Positions 50,463-63,260 of a stretch of 64,000 bases of DNA are shown here, piece by piece. Source of the DNA: Octopus vulgaris (Eukaryota); assembly GCA_951406725.2 (NCBI GenBank), contig OX597829.1:16182001-16246000 (forward strand), given 5' to 3'. Below the pieces are notes generated by a model, which was not told where the DNA came from, did not search any database, and saw only the letters and a list, made by a program, of their open reading frames with translations. The position numbers and the translations under genes are program-made. Within the stretch, counting starts at the first letter, position 1, and every line of letters starts with the position of its first letter.

Positions 50463-52432
50463 AACAATCTTTCAAACTGGGGAAGCCATGTGTCTCCTTT
50501 ACTGCAAGACATATTTTTGTCCCACAATTCATATTCTGACCTCTCACCTCCCTTCAATACTACTTCCCCCCACTTCGGTTGAGGGATCTTGTCTTGCAAG
50601 TTACTTTATGACCTTATCAGTGCTGGTATCACATTAAAAGCACCCGGCACACTCTGTGAAATAGTTGGCATTAGGAAGCTGTAGAAACCATGCCAAAACA
50701 GACAGTAGAGCTTCGAGTAGTCTTCTGACTTGCCAGCTCCTATCAAACCATCCAACCCATGCTAGCATGGAAGAAGGTCACCAAATCTTTGTAAAATGGT
50801 TGTGCTTAAGAAGGGTACCCAGCTACAGAAACCATGCCAAAGCAGACATAAGAACTTGGTACAGTCCTCTAAGCTTGCCAACTCCTGTCAAACTGTCCAA
50901 CCCTTGCCAGTATGAAAATCATCATCATCATCATCGTTTAACGTCCGCTTTCCATGCTAGCATGGGTTGGACGAATGACTGAGGGCTGGTGAACCAGATG
51001 GCTGCACCAGGCTCCAATCTTGATCTGGCAGAGTTACTACAGCTGGATGCCCTGCCTAACGCCAACCACTCCGAGAGTGTAGTGGGTGCTTTTACGTGCC
51101 ACAGGCACGGGGCCAATCAGGCAGTGCTGGCAACAACATCGCTCAAATCTTTTACACATGCCACTGGCACAGATGCCAGTAAGGCGACGTTGGTAACGAT
51201 CACACTCGAATGGTGTTAAACAGGTGTTAAACGACAATGATGATGCACCAGCACTTGAGAGCTTGTCTTGTCCCATGTAAGATTAAGCAGTTCTCTTCAT
51301 CACATGTTGCTTTTATTCAATTATTCACCAGCACCTGCAGTATTTATCTATTTATTTTTATATTATCTCTGCCCATTAATTGGAGTCACACAAAATGCTT
51401 AATCAGATTTTTATGAAACATTTGTGGAAGTTTAGAAGCATATATTGTCTTTCATTCTACATATAAGCTTGTCTATTTGTATTTTAGTTACAAAGTTTCC
51501 AATAAATCCCTCATTGATTTTCTTTGTTATTTTTTGTTGATTTTGTTGATTTTCCACTCGTACGTCCTTCATCAATAATACTATATTTTATCACTTAATG
51601 CTTACAATCTATACTTTGTCTTATTAATCAATGGTGTGTGTCTTTAATTACTTTACACTTAAAGACACTGTTGATATGTTCCATTTCTCAATACAACCCA
51701 TCAAAGTATGCCCTGACACATTTTCACAACCATCTGCTCTCTCTCTCTCTCTGTCTAATGTTTCTCCACTGTATCTCTTCTAGAGCAAGACACCTATTTG
51801 TGTTACTTATTTATATTCTAACATCTCATCACCCTGCACAAAGCAAATCTCCCTCAATACTACTCCCCACACAGTCAAGGAGTCTTGTCTTATATACACA
51901 AACATACACACAGGCACATGCACACACATACACATAGATGTACATGCATGCTCACACATGCTCACACTCATACATATTTACATGCACATGTAGCTTCCCA
52001 CAAACTCCAGAATCAAGCGTCTGAAATACCAAAAGAGATTTATAACAGAAGATACAAAGGTGATGGCCACAGTTTCATTTAATATGGTAATTAATCACAG
52101 AATATTTGTTACCGTTTCCGCAGTTTAGCAAAGTGGGGCAGGAAGAAATTAGGAATCAGGGCAAGAAAATTACTATCCACTTATATGTGGATGGTTGAGT
52201 GTGCACATAGGAGTATATGTATGCATGTTTGTGTGTATATATATGCATGTATGTGTGTGTATTTATAAAGACTTGTAGGACATGAGCACCAACCTCCAAG
52301 TCTGTGTGATCAGAACTTAGTGACAAGCCGAAGTGAGACGACCAGTAACCATGTGAAACTGCAACTCTAAAATCAGTCGATCCTTATTCTAAAAGATTGC
52401 AGTGACCACAGCTACAGGTCCCTCACTTCCAG

Positions 52433-52642
52433 TGTCTCATTGAAATTCTATCGCATGAATATTGTTATATTATGCAATAACAAATGAAACAGCTTATTCA
52501 TGATTATATCAAATTCAACTCATCAGAATTATGTATAAAATCCATCTGCTGTAGATACTTGAATTAGCTGAATTACATGATGGCATTTGCATTTTCTAGT
52601 GAATCAAAGCAAAATGAATTACTACTTTGAATTAACTTGTCA
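52433..52642. repeat. fragment of the fold-back MITE family, inverted relative to 54051-54261
   Basis: About 210 bp aligning to the reverse complement with few differences. Confidence 0.8.
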
Positions 52643-53262
52643 CTTCTTTGTTACTGCATTACATGACATTAACCAAAGGTATTTTTGTGTCCCCATGGAT
52701 TGTCATCACATAGTCAACCCAAAAACTAAGACCCTGACAGATGATATTAGTCTGGGTCAGAGTAGACCTAGAAACAATAGCAGCTAACAGGTGTTTCCAC
52801 ACTCCTTAAAACCTTGAAACTCCTGAACCAGAGCCCCACAGCCAGATGCAGTTTAAAGTAAAAACTCAGGATGTACAGATGTTTTCTTTTATCGTGGCCT
52901 TATTCATTCTTCCATCTACAGGAAGTTCTATGACAATGGAAGAGTGGTGACGTGTGCAGACTTATCCAACTGTAAACTACAGCTTTTGTCTGCCACCTGT
53001 GCTTCAAACCACACAGATCTGCAATGGGGCTGAATAGTCAGCTGAGAGGTCATGGAAGGAAAGTCAGAAATGCAATTGACAATGAGGAAATTCAGAGAGG
53101 TAGTAATCATCTGTGAAGAAGGAGCAATCATCATGTATGTATGTCTTCATGTATGTATGTTTTCATATATGTGTGTATATAATATGAATCCAAAGCTTGA
53201 AGTGCACACTTAAGATCAATAAAAATGAAAGCAAATAAATAAAATTTTAGTATAAATCTTTG

Positions 53263-53344
53263 ATTTTTATAAGACACAGCTGGAAAGAGAGTGTATATTT
53301 ATACACACACACACACATTCTTTCCAGCTGTGACTCATAAAAAT
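53263..53344. other. 82-nt imperfect hairpin
   Basis: ATTTTTATAAGACACAGCTGGAAAGAGAGTGT pairs with ACACATTCTTTCCAGCTGTGACTCATAAAAAT, including 14 consecutive perfect pairs. Confidence 0.8.
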
Positions 53345-53367
53345 AATATATATATGTATATATAATA

Positions 53368-53620
53368 TTTATTTGAGGGAATATTAATACTAACTTACAG
53401 GGAAAAAACTCAATATAGAAATACTAAATCAAATTTCACACAATATAATATATATATATATAAATTAGAAAAAAAACACCTTTTATCAATTCAAAATGAA
53501 CAATTAAATTACACCATCTTGAAAATTACATATAATAGAAATATTAAAATTAAAATAATAATAATATACCGATGATTAAGTAAATTGCAAAATAATAATA
53601 AAAACATGTATAATTGGTAT
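53368..53620. repeat. AT-rich dispersed repeat in (TA)n, copy 2
   Basis: Reverse complement of 20399-20651. Confidence 0.75.
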
Positions 53621-53804
53621 AATTTATATATATATAAAGAGTTTCATTTGGGCATTAATCCTGAAGTTTATCCAGTTAAGCTCATCCATGGGAACAGGCT
53701 ATCAGACATACAGTAATCCAAAGATTTTATGTTTTGTCAAACCCATGTCTGAAAATGCACAAGTATCCAAAGTATCCAACAGTGATGATGATGTTGATAA
53801 TGAA

Positions 53805-54305
53805 GAAGAATGGCGTGAGAAAGTCCTTTTATTACATTATTTAACATGAAATCTGATCTCATGAATATTGTTATATCATAATAATGTATGCAACAATTTA
53901 TTCAAGGAGTCTTACTCAACTCATCAGAATTATGTATAAAATTCATTTGCACTAGAAACCTAAATTATCAATAATTTATACCCATAGTGATTGGGCATGC
54001 TTACAAGATTACATCTGCATTTTTTAAGTATTTTTTCTATTTATCTTTCTTGACCAGTTAATTCAAAGTAGTAATTCATTTCGCTTTGATTCACTAGAAG
54101 ATGCAAATGCTATCATGTAATTACAGCTAATTCAAGTATTTACAGCAGATGAATTTTATAAATAAATTCTGATGAGTTGAATTTGATATATCATGAATAA
54201 ACTGTTTCATATGTTATTGCATAATATAGCAATATTCATGCGATAGAATTTCAATGAGACAATTGTTAATAAATGTAATGAAAGGACTTGCTCACTCTAT
54301 TCCTT
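53805..54305. mobile_element. fold-back MITE with long imperfect TIRs
   Basis: GTGAGAAAGTCCTTTTATTACATT at left versus AATGTAATGAAAGGACTTGCTCAC at right. The arms stay alignable for about 140 bp. Confidence 0.65.
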
Positions 54306-54672
54306 TTGTCTGTTATTATATTTATATACATATATATATATACATATACAAATGTATATGTGTGTGTATGCATGTATGTATATTATAACAGGATATTTGA
54401 TAGGAGATTTTGGTATTTTTTATTCATCATTACACATGTTTCATTTGCAAATAGGAGTTACAAAATTGTACAAGTAAGAAAAATGTGTAAGATATTTTCT
54501 ATTAGAAATTCTCACACAATTATAAAATCTACCTAAAATTTTGGAGCACTGGAATATACAGATGTGCTTCACAAGAACACAGCTTGGATTATAACACTAT
54601 CCACATACTGTATAACTTAAATCATATAGCATTGATTTTTTTTTTAATGTTACATGTTCTAGTCTGGCTTAA

Positions 54673-54893
54673 CCCATAAGCATTTAAACAATCATACCAG
54701 GCACACATATACTATGGACCTTATGTTCAAACTGGCCATATCCAGCCCCACACACTTATCCTACAGTGTCATTCTAAAAATAAATAACTTTATCATTGAA
54801 ATTTCAAAGCTATGAGACAATGCGTGATTAATTTAAAATCATGTGAAGTAAGAAGCATTACATCTAACAGGGCAATTTCAATGCTGTGAAGGG
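54673..54893. mobile_element. piggyBac-like MITE, copy 2
   Basis: TTAA|CCC...GGG|TTAA, homologous to 524-738. Confidence 0.75.
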
Positions 54894-55593
54894 TTAAGTA
54901 ACAGCACTTGCTCCTTACATATATCAATAAATATATGTGCATACATTGTGACCAGCAATGTGTAGCAACATCTGACAGCCTGGTTGGTCACAGTGATGTA
55001 TATATATGTTATGTTTTACTTGATTCACTCATTGGACAGTGGCCATGCAAGGGCACAGCCATGAAGGGTTTAGTCAATCGAATCACTCCTAGTGCTCATT
55101 TTTAAGCCTGGTACATATTCTATTGATCCCTTGTGCTGAACTGTTAAGTTATGGGGATGTAAACAAACCACAACCAGTTGTCAAGCAGTGGAGGTTAACA
55201 TAAACACACACACACATACACACACACATACACTCTCGTAAATACATACAAGGCACTTCTTTCTTTCAGTTTCCATCTACCAAATCCACTCATAGGCTTT
55301 GGTCAGTCTGGGGCTATAGTAGAAGACACTTGCCCAAGGTGCCATATGGTATGAGTGAACTTGAAACCATGTGGTTGGGAAGCAAATTTTTTACCACACT
55401 ACCATGCCTGCATACATATATATATATATAGATGTATATGTATATGTATATGTATATATATATATCCATACACATGCACATACGGATAATAAATCTCAAT
55501 TTTACACTATTAGCCATCACTTGAAATCAAAATGTGAACAAATATTCCATTACAAACATGTTTACAGGCCAGATTTATAATAAAAATAGTTGA

Positions 55594-55627
<34 letters not shown>

Positions 55628-55784
55628 ATTTTTTGTCCCTCTCTGTGTTTCTTTATATCTTTTCATTTTTCTGTTGCTATCTTCTATCTTTGTGTCTCAG
55701 TTGCTTTCTTCTTTCCATCTGTCTTTCTTATTGCTCTCTCCCTGTCTCCATCTCACTCACTCTCACACCCCTTACTCTATCTAA

Positions 55785-55811
55785 GATATATATATATGCA
55801 TACATACATAA

Positions 55812-55856
<45 letters not shown>

Positions 55857-56114
55857 TATATGCATATATACATACTTACATACATACATACATATATATA
55901 TATATACACATATATATATGCTTATATACATACATACACACATACATACATATCTATATATATATATATATATGCATATATACATACATACATACATATC
56001 TATATATATATATATATATGCATATATACATACATACATACATATCTATATATATATATATGCATATATACATACATACATACATATCTATATATATATA
56101 TATATATATATACA

Positions 56115-56180
<66 letters not shown>
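55785..56180. repeat. compound (TA)n/(TACA)n microsatellite with a ~40-bp higher-order unit
   Basis: The unit (TA)nTGCATATATACATACATACATACATATC recurs in 55945-56090. Confidence 0.9.
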
Positions 56181-56181
<1 letters not shown>

Positions 56182-56641
56182 CACACACTTCACTTCCCTT
56201 GTTTTCTGCCTCTTTCTTTTTATTCTATAACCCTTCCGCTCCAGCCTGCAGAATCTAAACGCACACGAGAGGGCCAGTGTAATTTCTAACAACCATTTCT
56301 ATAATTAGAATTTGGATGATTTCCAAATGGGCTGAAAGCCAGTGCATATTCACCAAGTACGTTATACATCCTACAAGTCAATTGTTCTTTGAAAATCTTC
56401 AAATTGCAGCCCCAAAGGGTCATTATCTTCTCATCAGTGTTCAATGTTGGAAAAAAAAAAAGTATAACAGGTGCAGATGTGGCTCAGTAAGAAGCTTGCT
56501 TTCCAACCAAGTAGTTCTTGGGTTCAGTTCTACTGTATGGTACCTAAGAAAAGTATTTTCTCTTACAGTCCTAGGCTAACCAAAGCCTGAGTGGATTTAG
56601 TAGACAGAAACTGAAAGAAACCTGCTATATACATACATACA

Positions 56642-56832
56642 TGATAGATCGTTAGCCACTACACACATTTTTTTCTCTCCTTGTTTCTCTCCATGCTTTT
56701 TCTGTGTCCCTTTCTGTAGAAGAGCATAGGCTTGAAACGTAAAAGACTTTTTCTATTCCTGAGCGTTATACTAATACATCTGTTCGTTTTGTACACCACC
56801 TGCCTTCATCTTTTGTTTTTTTCATAAATTCT

Positions 56833-56863
<31 letters not shown>

Positions 56864-57043
56864 GATCGTTAGCCACTACACACATTTTCTTCTCTCCTTG
56901 TTTTTTCCAGTGTCCCTTTCTGTAGAAGAGCGTAGGCTCGAAACGTAAAATACTTTTTCTATTTCTGAGCGTTATCCTAATACATCTGTGTTTTGTTTTG
57001 TACACCACCTGTCTTCATCTTTTGTTTTTTTCGTAAACTCTCC
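56642..57043 (+). mobile_element. head-to-tail pair of family G repeats nested in a SINE A
   Basis: Copies 56642-56836 and 56863-57043 separated by (TA)n. Hammerhead-like motifs at 56710-56745 and 56916-56951. Confidence 0.8.
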
Positions 57044-57452
57044 TTACATTTTATATATATGTATGTATTATTGTGTTTGTCCCCACCACTGCCTGACAAC
57101 CATAACTTAGTGGTTTGGTAAAACAGATCAACAGAACAAGTATCAAGTTTTAAAATTTAAGCACAGGTGTTCAATTTGTTTGGCTAAACCCTCAAAGCAA
57201 TGCCTCAATACCGCCAAAGTCCAGTGACTGAAACCAGTACCAAATAAAATTAAAACTTTTAAAAAATTAAATATTGTCCATGAAAAGTTATTCTCAAGAA
57301 ACATCTTCACACTCTTTAACATCTTTGTACATATGAATTCCAATTTGTCTGTCTTCTATTATTTTCATAAATTAATGTTTTATTCACAATCATGAGATTG
57401 TGGATTTGATTCCCAGACCAGGCAGTAGTAAGATGTGCTCTAGAGAAAATCC

Positions 57453-58008
57453 GGATCTTTTCGGTTTGAACGGCAGTTTTTTCTAGCGGTGTCATATGAA
57501 ATTGTCACCCATAATTATGACCCTAGTATTGGTCTATTGCATTTCAATCTGTTTTAGGGTTAGGGTGGAGGAAAGGTATCTTTTTTCTTCACAAATGTAA
57601 ATAAACTAAATCTGTTTCTTAAACAAGGGACATATTCATACAGCACAGAATGTTTTCACCTCAATAGACATCATTGATTGGTTGAAATTGCAAAAATTGA
57701 AGAAAAAACTACAACAAATATCTTACAAACTATAGAATTTTCTCAATAAAGCCAAGAGAAAAAGATGTTTTATAAACACATTCTACCAGTATACGAAGTT
57801 TAAAAGTGTTTAGTTACTCTCTCTCTTTTACTCTTTTACTTGTTTCAGTCATTTGACTGCGGCCATGCTGGAGCACCACCTTTTAGTACTTATTCTATCG
57901 GTCTCTTTTTGCCGAACCGCTAAGTGACGGGGACGTAAACACACCGGCATCGGTTGTCAAGCAATGCTAGGGGTACAAACACAGACACACAAACACACAC
58001 ACATATAC

Positions 58009-58050
<42 letters not shown>

Positions 58051-58262
58051 GACAGGCTTCTTTCAGTTTCCGTCTACCAAATCCACTCACAAGGCATTGG
58101 TCGGCCCGGGGCTATAGCAGAAGACACTTGCCCAAGATGCCACGCAGTGGGACTGAACCCGCAACCGTGTGGTTGGTTAGCAAGCTACTTACCACACAGC
58201 TACTCCTGCGCCTATTACGTGGAAATTATTTTAAAAAAACTGCCGTTCAAACCGAAAATCCC
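57453..58262. mobile_element. MITE with ~28-bp TIRs, interrupted by SINE A
   Basis: GGATCTTTTCGGTTTGAACGGCAGTTTTTT versus AAAAAAACTGCCGTTCAAACCGAAAATCCC. Internal TTAGGGTTAGGG. Superfamily not determined. Confidence 0.8.
57817..58213 (-). mobile_element. SINE family A, young
   Basis: Complete head with CpGs retained. Possible TTAC duplication. Confidence 0.9.
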
Positions 58263-60114
58263 TTCATTTCACCTTGTTTCACCCAATTCATTCAGCTGTA
58301 AGTGTGTAACCCTGAAAAAGGACTCACTTTCTGTTCAAGAGGAATGTGGATCACCCCCATATTAGCTAGTGGGGGGGTGACATCATTCAAAAGCTACAAC
58401 GTATTGTGACACGTATTGTAACCGACATTCAATAATACGGCCAATACAGGGATTCGGTAACATATACTTTCTACAAGAACTCTAGAGGCTATATTGTGAA
58501 GTTGTTATAAAGATCTGATTCTCGGTTATAACTGTTATTTAACCTCAGGGTGATTAATTGAATCAGCCTATAGAAAATGTAAGCTGCCATTTATATAAGT
58601 ACATGCAATCCACAGATCTACTGTTACATACATATCATGTCTTCACCAAGATAGTTGACAATGCGGAGCATTCAGACATGCAAATATTCATCATATCGGG
58701 TGTAGTGTGACAGATTGTGTGTTAGGTTTGTCGAATTGGTTCTTGTTACATCAACACTTGGTGTATATATCATAGTAGAACAGATATTTTACACTTTCAT
58801 CATTACCGTCGTCATCATCATCATCATCCTTCAACCTCCACTCTCCCATGCTTACATGGGTGACAACAGGGTTTATTTTGAAACAGATTTTCTATGGCCA
58901 GATTCCCTTCCCTTCCTGTTGCCAACCCTCACCTATCTCCAAGCACCACCACCACCACTACTACATACCAGATTCAAATTGTGTTTATTAAGGTAGATTT
59001 TCTATGACTGGAAGCCGTTCCTGCAACCAACCCTTACCTATTTCCAAGCAATATATTATACATATATCAGCATCATTTTAACATCTATTTTCCTATGCAT
59101 GCCTAGTTCAAACTCTATTTATTAAGGCAGATTTTCTATGACTGTAAGTCCTTCTTGTGGCCAACCCTAACCTATTTCCAAACAATATATATCTGTAAAT
59201 GTAATATGTGACAATTATTTGGTAGCCAATTGTCTATTTACATTTACAGATAAATTCCTCTATTTACATAATATCGAGGTCTCTTTCTTTCTTTCGTTGT
59301 CTTACCATTTTTATCAATATATATATATATATATATATCTGGCACCTGTACCGGTGGCACGTAAAAAGCAGGAAGGGCATCCAGCTGTAGAAGCACTACC
59401 AGATCAGACTGGAACCTGGTGTAGCCTCCTGGTTTCACAGACCCCAGTCGAACCATCCAACCCAAGCTAGCATGGAAAACGGACGTTAAATGATGATGAT
59501 GAAGATATCATCATCATCATAATCATCATTTAATGTCCACTTTACAAAGCTTGCATGATTGAGCTTATTGGGGCCGATTTTCTAAGGCAAGATGCACTTC
59601 TTGTCAATCTTCACATGTTTCTAAACAAGGTAATATTTGGCCCATGGCCAGACATATTTTTGTAGAATACAATGCAGTGAATGACACTGCTTCTATTACA
59701 GTGACAATCATTTTACAACTAACTTGTGACATCAAAACAAAGGGGGCACAAACATACACATATAATTATAAATACTCAAACACACACACACATACACACA
59801 CAGACATACAAATGTCACAGGCATGGCTATATGGTAAGAAGTTTGTTTCCCAGTTTCATGGTTCTGCATTCAATCCCAATGCGTAGCACCTTGACCAAGA
59901 GTCTTCTGCTATAGCTACCTTGTGAGATTTCATTAAGGGAAACTGAAAGAAACCTTTCATATATATATAAAATTATAAATTAGGGTATCTACAAGATACC
60001 AACATGCTGAAAATAGCAGCCATGATCTGACTCTAAAACCAGCTTAATTGTTCATATATCAACACGGAGAGAAAACAAAGAGACAAGATGAAACTAGTAA
60101 AAAATGACTGGATA

Positions 60115-60173
60115 ATTCTAGATCCCGGATTTCTGACTTTGCATTTAGTAATGCTTTGCCTCGTCAGTAGAAT
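60115..60173 (-). ncRNA. hammerhead ribozyme candidate with canonical core
   Basis: Minus strand ATTCTA [CTGACGA] GGC aaa GCATT acta AATGC aaa GTC a [GAAA] TCcggGA T C TAGAAT. 6-bp stem I and AUC cleavage triplet. Lies in a (TA)n-flanked repeat at about 59975-60330. Confidence 0.7.
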
Positions 60174-60324
60174 ACACACAGAAGATAAACATAAATACAT
60201 ATATATATAAATACAACATATGAATACTTACATATATGAACGTATACCCACATATATATGGATGTATGCCTCATGGCCAGTTCAAAATGCCCGCCACTTA
60301 ATTCCATGTGAGATACGGTCGAAA

Positions 60325-60374
<50 letters not shown>

Positions 60375-60391
60375 TATAGATATATATAGTT

Positions 60392-60808
60392 GGGGTAGTG
60401 ATGGCCTTTGGGTGTGTCCCCAGTGAGGGTGACATCATGCTCCCTCACATCTTTGCACAGAACCTTTTAAGCTCAATTCAGATAATTATGTGAAGCTGCT
60501 GGAGACTGAGGTCAATTACTGGCAGGAGAAAGGGTTAATGCTGGAAAGCCGTATGTGTGGCAGCAGGATTCGGCTCCTTGCCATAGTTCTGGAAAAGAGT
60601 CAAAAGTGGTTGTCACAGAATTCCCATGACTTCACCATTCCTAATTTCTCCAACTGTAACCCTATGGACTACTCTGTGGGGGGGGGGGGGGGCACAAGCA
60701 AAGCTGGTGGACAAGATCGAGATCAGAAACACAGGGAGGAACACAAGCATCAGGTTCCAGAGCTGTCTTGAAGCCATGGCTGAAGCTGGGGGCAGCTATT
60801 TTGAGTAA
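60392..60808 (+). mobile_element. degenerate Tc1/mariner transposase C-terminus, maT/DD37D-like
   Basis: VMAFGCV, PYVWQQDSAPCH, KSQKWLSQN, NCNPMDYSV and CLEAMAEAGGSYFE*, with frameshifts. The third catalytic residue is D (NPMDY), but the spacing is altered by deletion. Confidence 0.75.
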
Positions 60809-60949
60809 ACTATTATCTCTCAGCCATAATCTAGTTGGTATTTTATTGATTTTTCTAAAATACTTTTATTTTTGGAATGGGATATTGTTTTCTTCCCCTT
60901 TTATGCAAAATTTTATCAAATTTAGCATGAACACTGTTGCCATATTTCT

Positions 60950-61240
60950 GCAGCAGTGGTTAGAGCAGCAAACTCGCAGTTGAGGGATCGCGGGTCCAAA
61001 TCTCAGATCGGGTGATGTTTATGAGCGAAAACACCTAAGCTGCACGTGGCTCCGGCAGAAGGTAATGGCGAACTTCTGCTGACTCTTTCGCCTCAACTTT
61101 CTTTCACTCTTTCCTTCTGCATCTTGCAGCTCACCTGCGATAAACTGGCGTCCTGTCCAGGTTGGGAACCTATACGCCAAGGAAACCAGGAAACCAGCAC
61201 TTATGAGCCAGGTATAGCTCAAGAAGGAACAAACAACAAC
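60950..61240 (+). mobile_element. SINE sharing family C head and core but with a different 3' tail
   Basis: GAGCGAAAACACCTAAGCT..GGCTCCGGCAG..CAACTTTCT.TCACTCTTTC is shared, then an unrelated tail ending (AAC)n. Confidence 0.7.
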
Positions 61241-61674
61241 AAAAAGTTTCAGTCAAATGGATCAAATGCAGTTTTAATTTTTTCAGTCTCTTTTGCTGAA
61301 CCACTAAGCATTTTGTCCAGCATGCAAATGATACCATCAGCTCACTGCTTTTAGTTTCAAATTTTGGCACAAGGCCCGAAATGTTTGTTGGTGGAGGGGG
61401 GGGGGATAGTTCAGTACATCACTCCCAGTACTCTTTGATGAAAAAAAAAAAAAATAATAATCCTTTCTAATATAGGCACAAGGCCTGAAATTTTGCACAG
61501 AGGGAACTAGTCAATTACACTGACCCCAATACTTAACTGGTACTTATTCTATTAAACCCAAAAGAATGAAAGACAAAGTCAACCCTGGTGAAATTTGATC
61601 TCAGATCATTAAGACAGGCAAAATGTAGCTAAACATTTTGCCTGGCTTGCTAATGATTCTGCCAGTTCGCTGCC

Positions 61675-61738
<64 letters not shown>

Positions 61739-62343
61739 CAACAGTTTCTGCTATGAGCAGAAAGCCCGAAATTTGAGAGCAGAGGGGCAGTATGCAAATG
61801 GTACTTATTTCACTGAATTCAACAGGATGCAAGGCAAAGTCAAAATTCTCAGAATTTGAACTTAAAACTAACTTTTAAGGCCAGAAGAAACGCCATGTAG
61901 TATTTTGTCCAGCATGCAAACAATTCTGCCTGTTGCCTTAATAATAATAATTACAATGCCGATGATGATGATGACGATGATGATGATGATGATGGTGATG
62001 ACGATGATGATGGTGATAATTTAAAGAATCATTACAGCATATCCTACAATCTCAGATCAGACAAGTATTCCTTTGTGACACAGGCCTTGCTTACCTCCTA
62101 TTTTAGGTTAGTTTCAATGGTACAGCTATGATCTATTGTTATGCCATCAAGTCATGCTTAGATGTGAATTGTAACTTGAGTGTAAGCCTGTTGTGGAGCA
62201 AAGTTGACAGCTCAAACTAAGCTAATTAGAAATGTCAACAGTTACTCTGACCTGGAAAAACAATACTGTACCATAAATTATAATTCCAAGTTTGTGCTGA
62301 TAGAACAATAAGGGTTTATTCATTGTTCTCCAGTCAAAACTAG

Positions 62344-62421
<78 letters not shown>

Positions 62422-62865
62422 AAGAGAGAGAGTGTCTGTACACATATACACATACATATATATATAAACAAGTTTGATTGAATCGTTCCAAAGCTTTGAT
62501 GAGCCAAGGATATGTAGTCCAAATCTCAGAAGAATATAAAAGAGCAGTTAAAATCCCAAAGATTCATAGATGTTGAGCATGGTTTTAATAGAGATATCTC
62601 TGTCGGATTACATATGACTTTTGAGTCTTCCAAATACATTTAAGTAGTGATTACCACTTAATTAGAGAAGAAAACCCTCTTTTCAATCAGTAAATGTCAT
62701 CATGAAATCTCACATACCTAGCAAGTCTAGGTTTGGGACAAACAGACTGTACAGCAGATGTTAGAAGCATTCTCAGGCAGAAGTGTGTTTGGGATTGAAG
62801 TTAAGGTCTGTTCAAGAACTGATATTTTCAAGATGGTCTGCTTGATTCTCCGTGACTGAAATACT

Positions 62866-63260
62866 TTACAACCATTCTCTCCAAACTGATCGATTTTCCA
62901 TCATCTGTTCCCAATTTTCAACAGTCACACTAAGAACCTTATAGTTGCTTTTGACGGAATCCCTAAAACATTTCTTAAGTTTATGCCTCAGATATTTACC
63001 ATGTTGCAACTCCCTGTAAAACAACTGCTTAGGTAACCTGTCATCATGCATCCTTGTAAGGACACCCAATGGATCTGATAGGGTAGGAGAAGCATTTCAG
63101 TACTGTATGTGTTGTCTTGCTGCCTGGTGTTACAGCTGTCTGGTGTTACAGATGGCCATTTGACATTTAAGGTCCTGCTAAGGAAAGTTTGATTGAATCT
63201 TCCCAAAGCCTTGATGTGATGACAGTATGTAGTCCAAATCTCAGAAGAGTATTGAATAAC
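62866..63260 (-). mobile_element. degenerate RTE/BovB-like LINE RT C-terminus
   Basis: YSSEIWTTY.HHIKALGRFNQ, RMHDDRLPKQLFYRELQHG, KKCFRDSVK and NRSVWRE. A second homologous piece lies at about 62465-62560. Confidence 0.8.

Noticed and set aside
54168-54210. CTGATGA within the fold-back MITE (also 33898, 52520 and 56431 on minus)
   Set aside because: No correctly placed stem II, GAAA or closing stem I.
56245-56290. Possible plus-strand micro-exon after a long pyrimidine tract
   Set aside because: The donor is weak and no partner exons were found. It cannot be supported without RNA data.
57553-57566. TTAGGG doublet as interstitial telomere
   Set aside because: Only two units, internal to a MITE.
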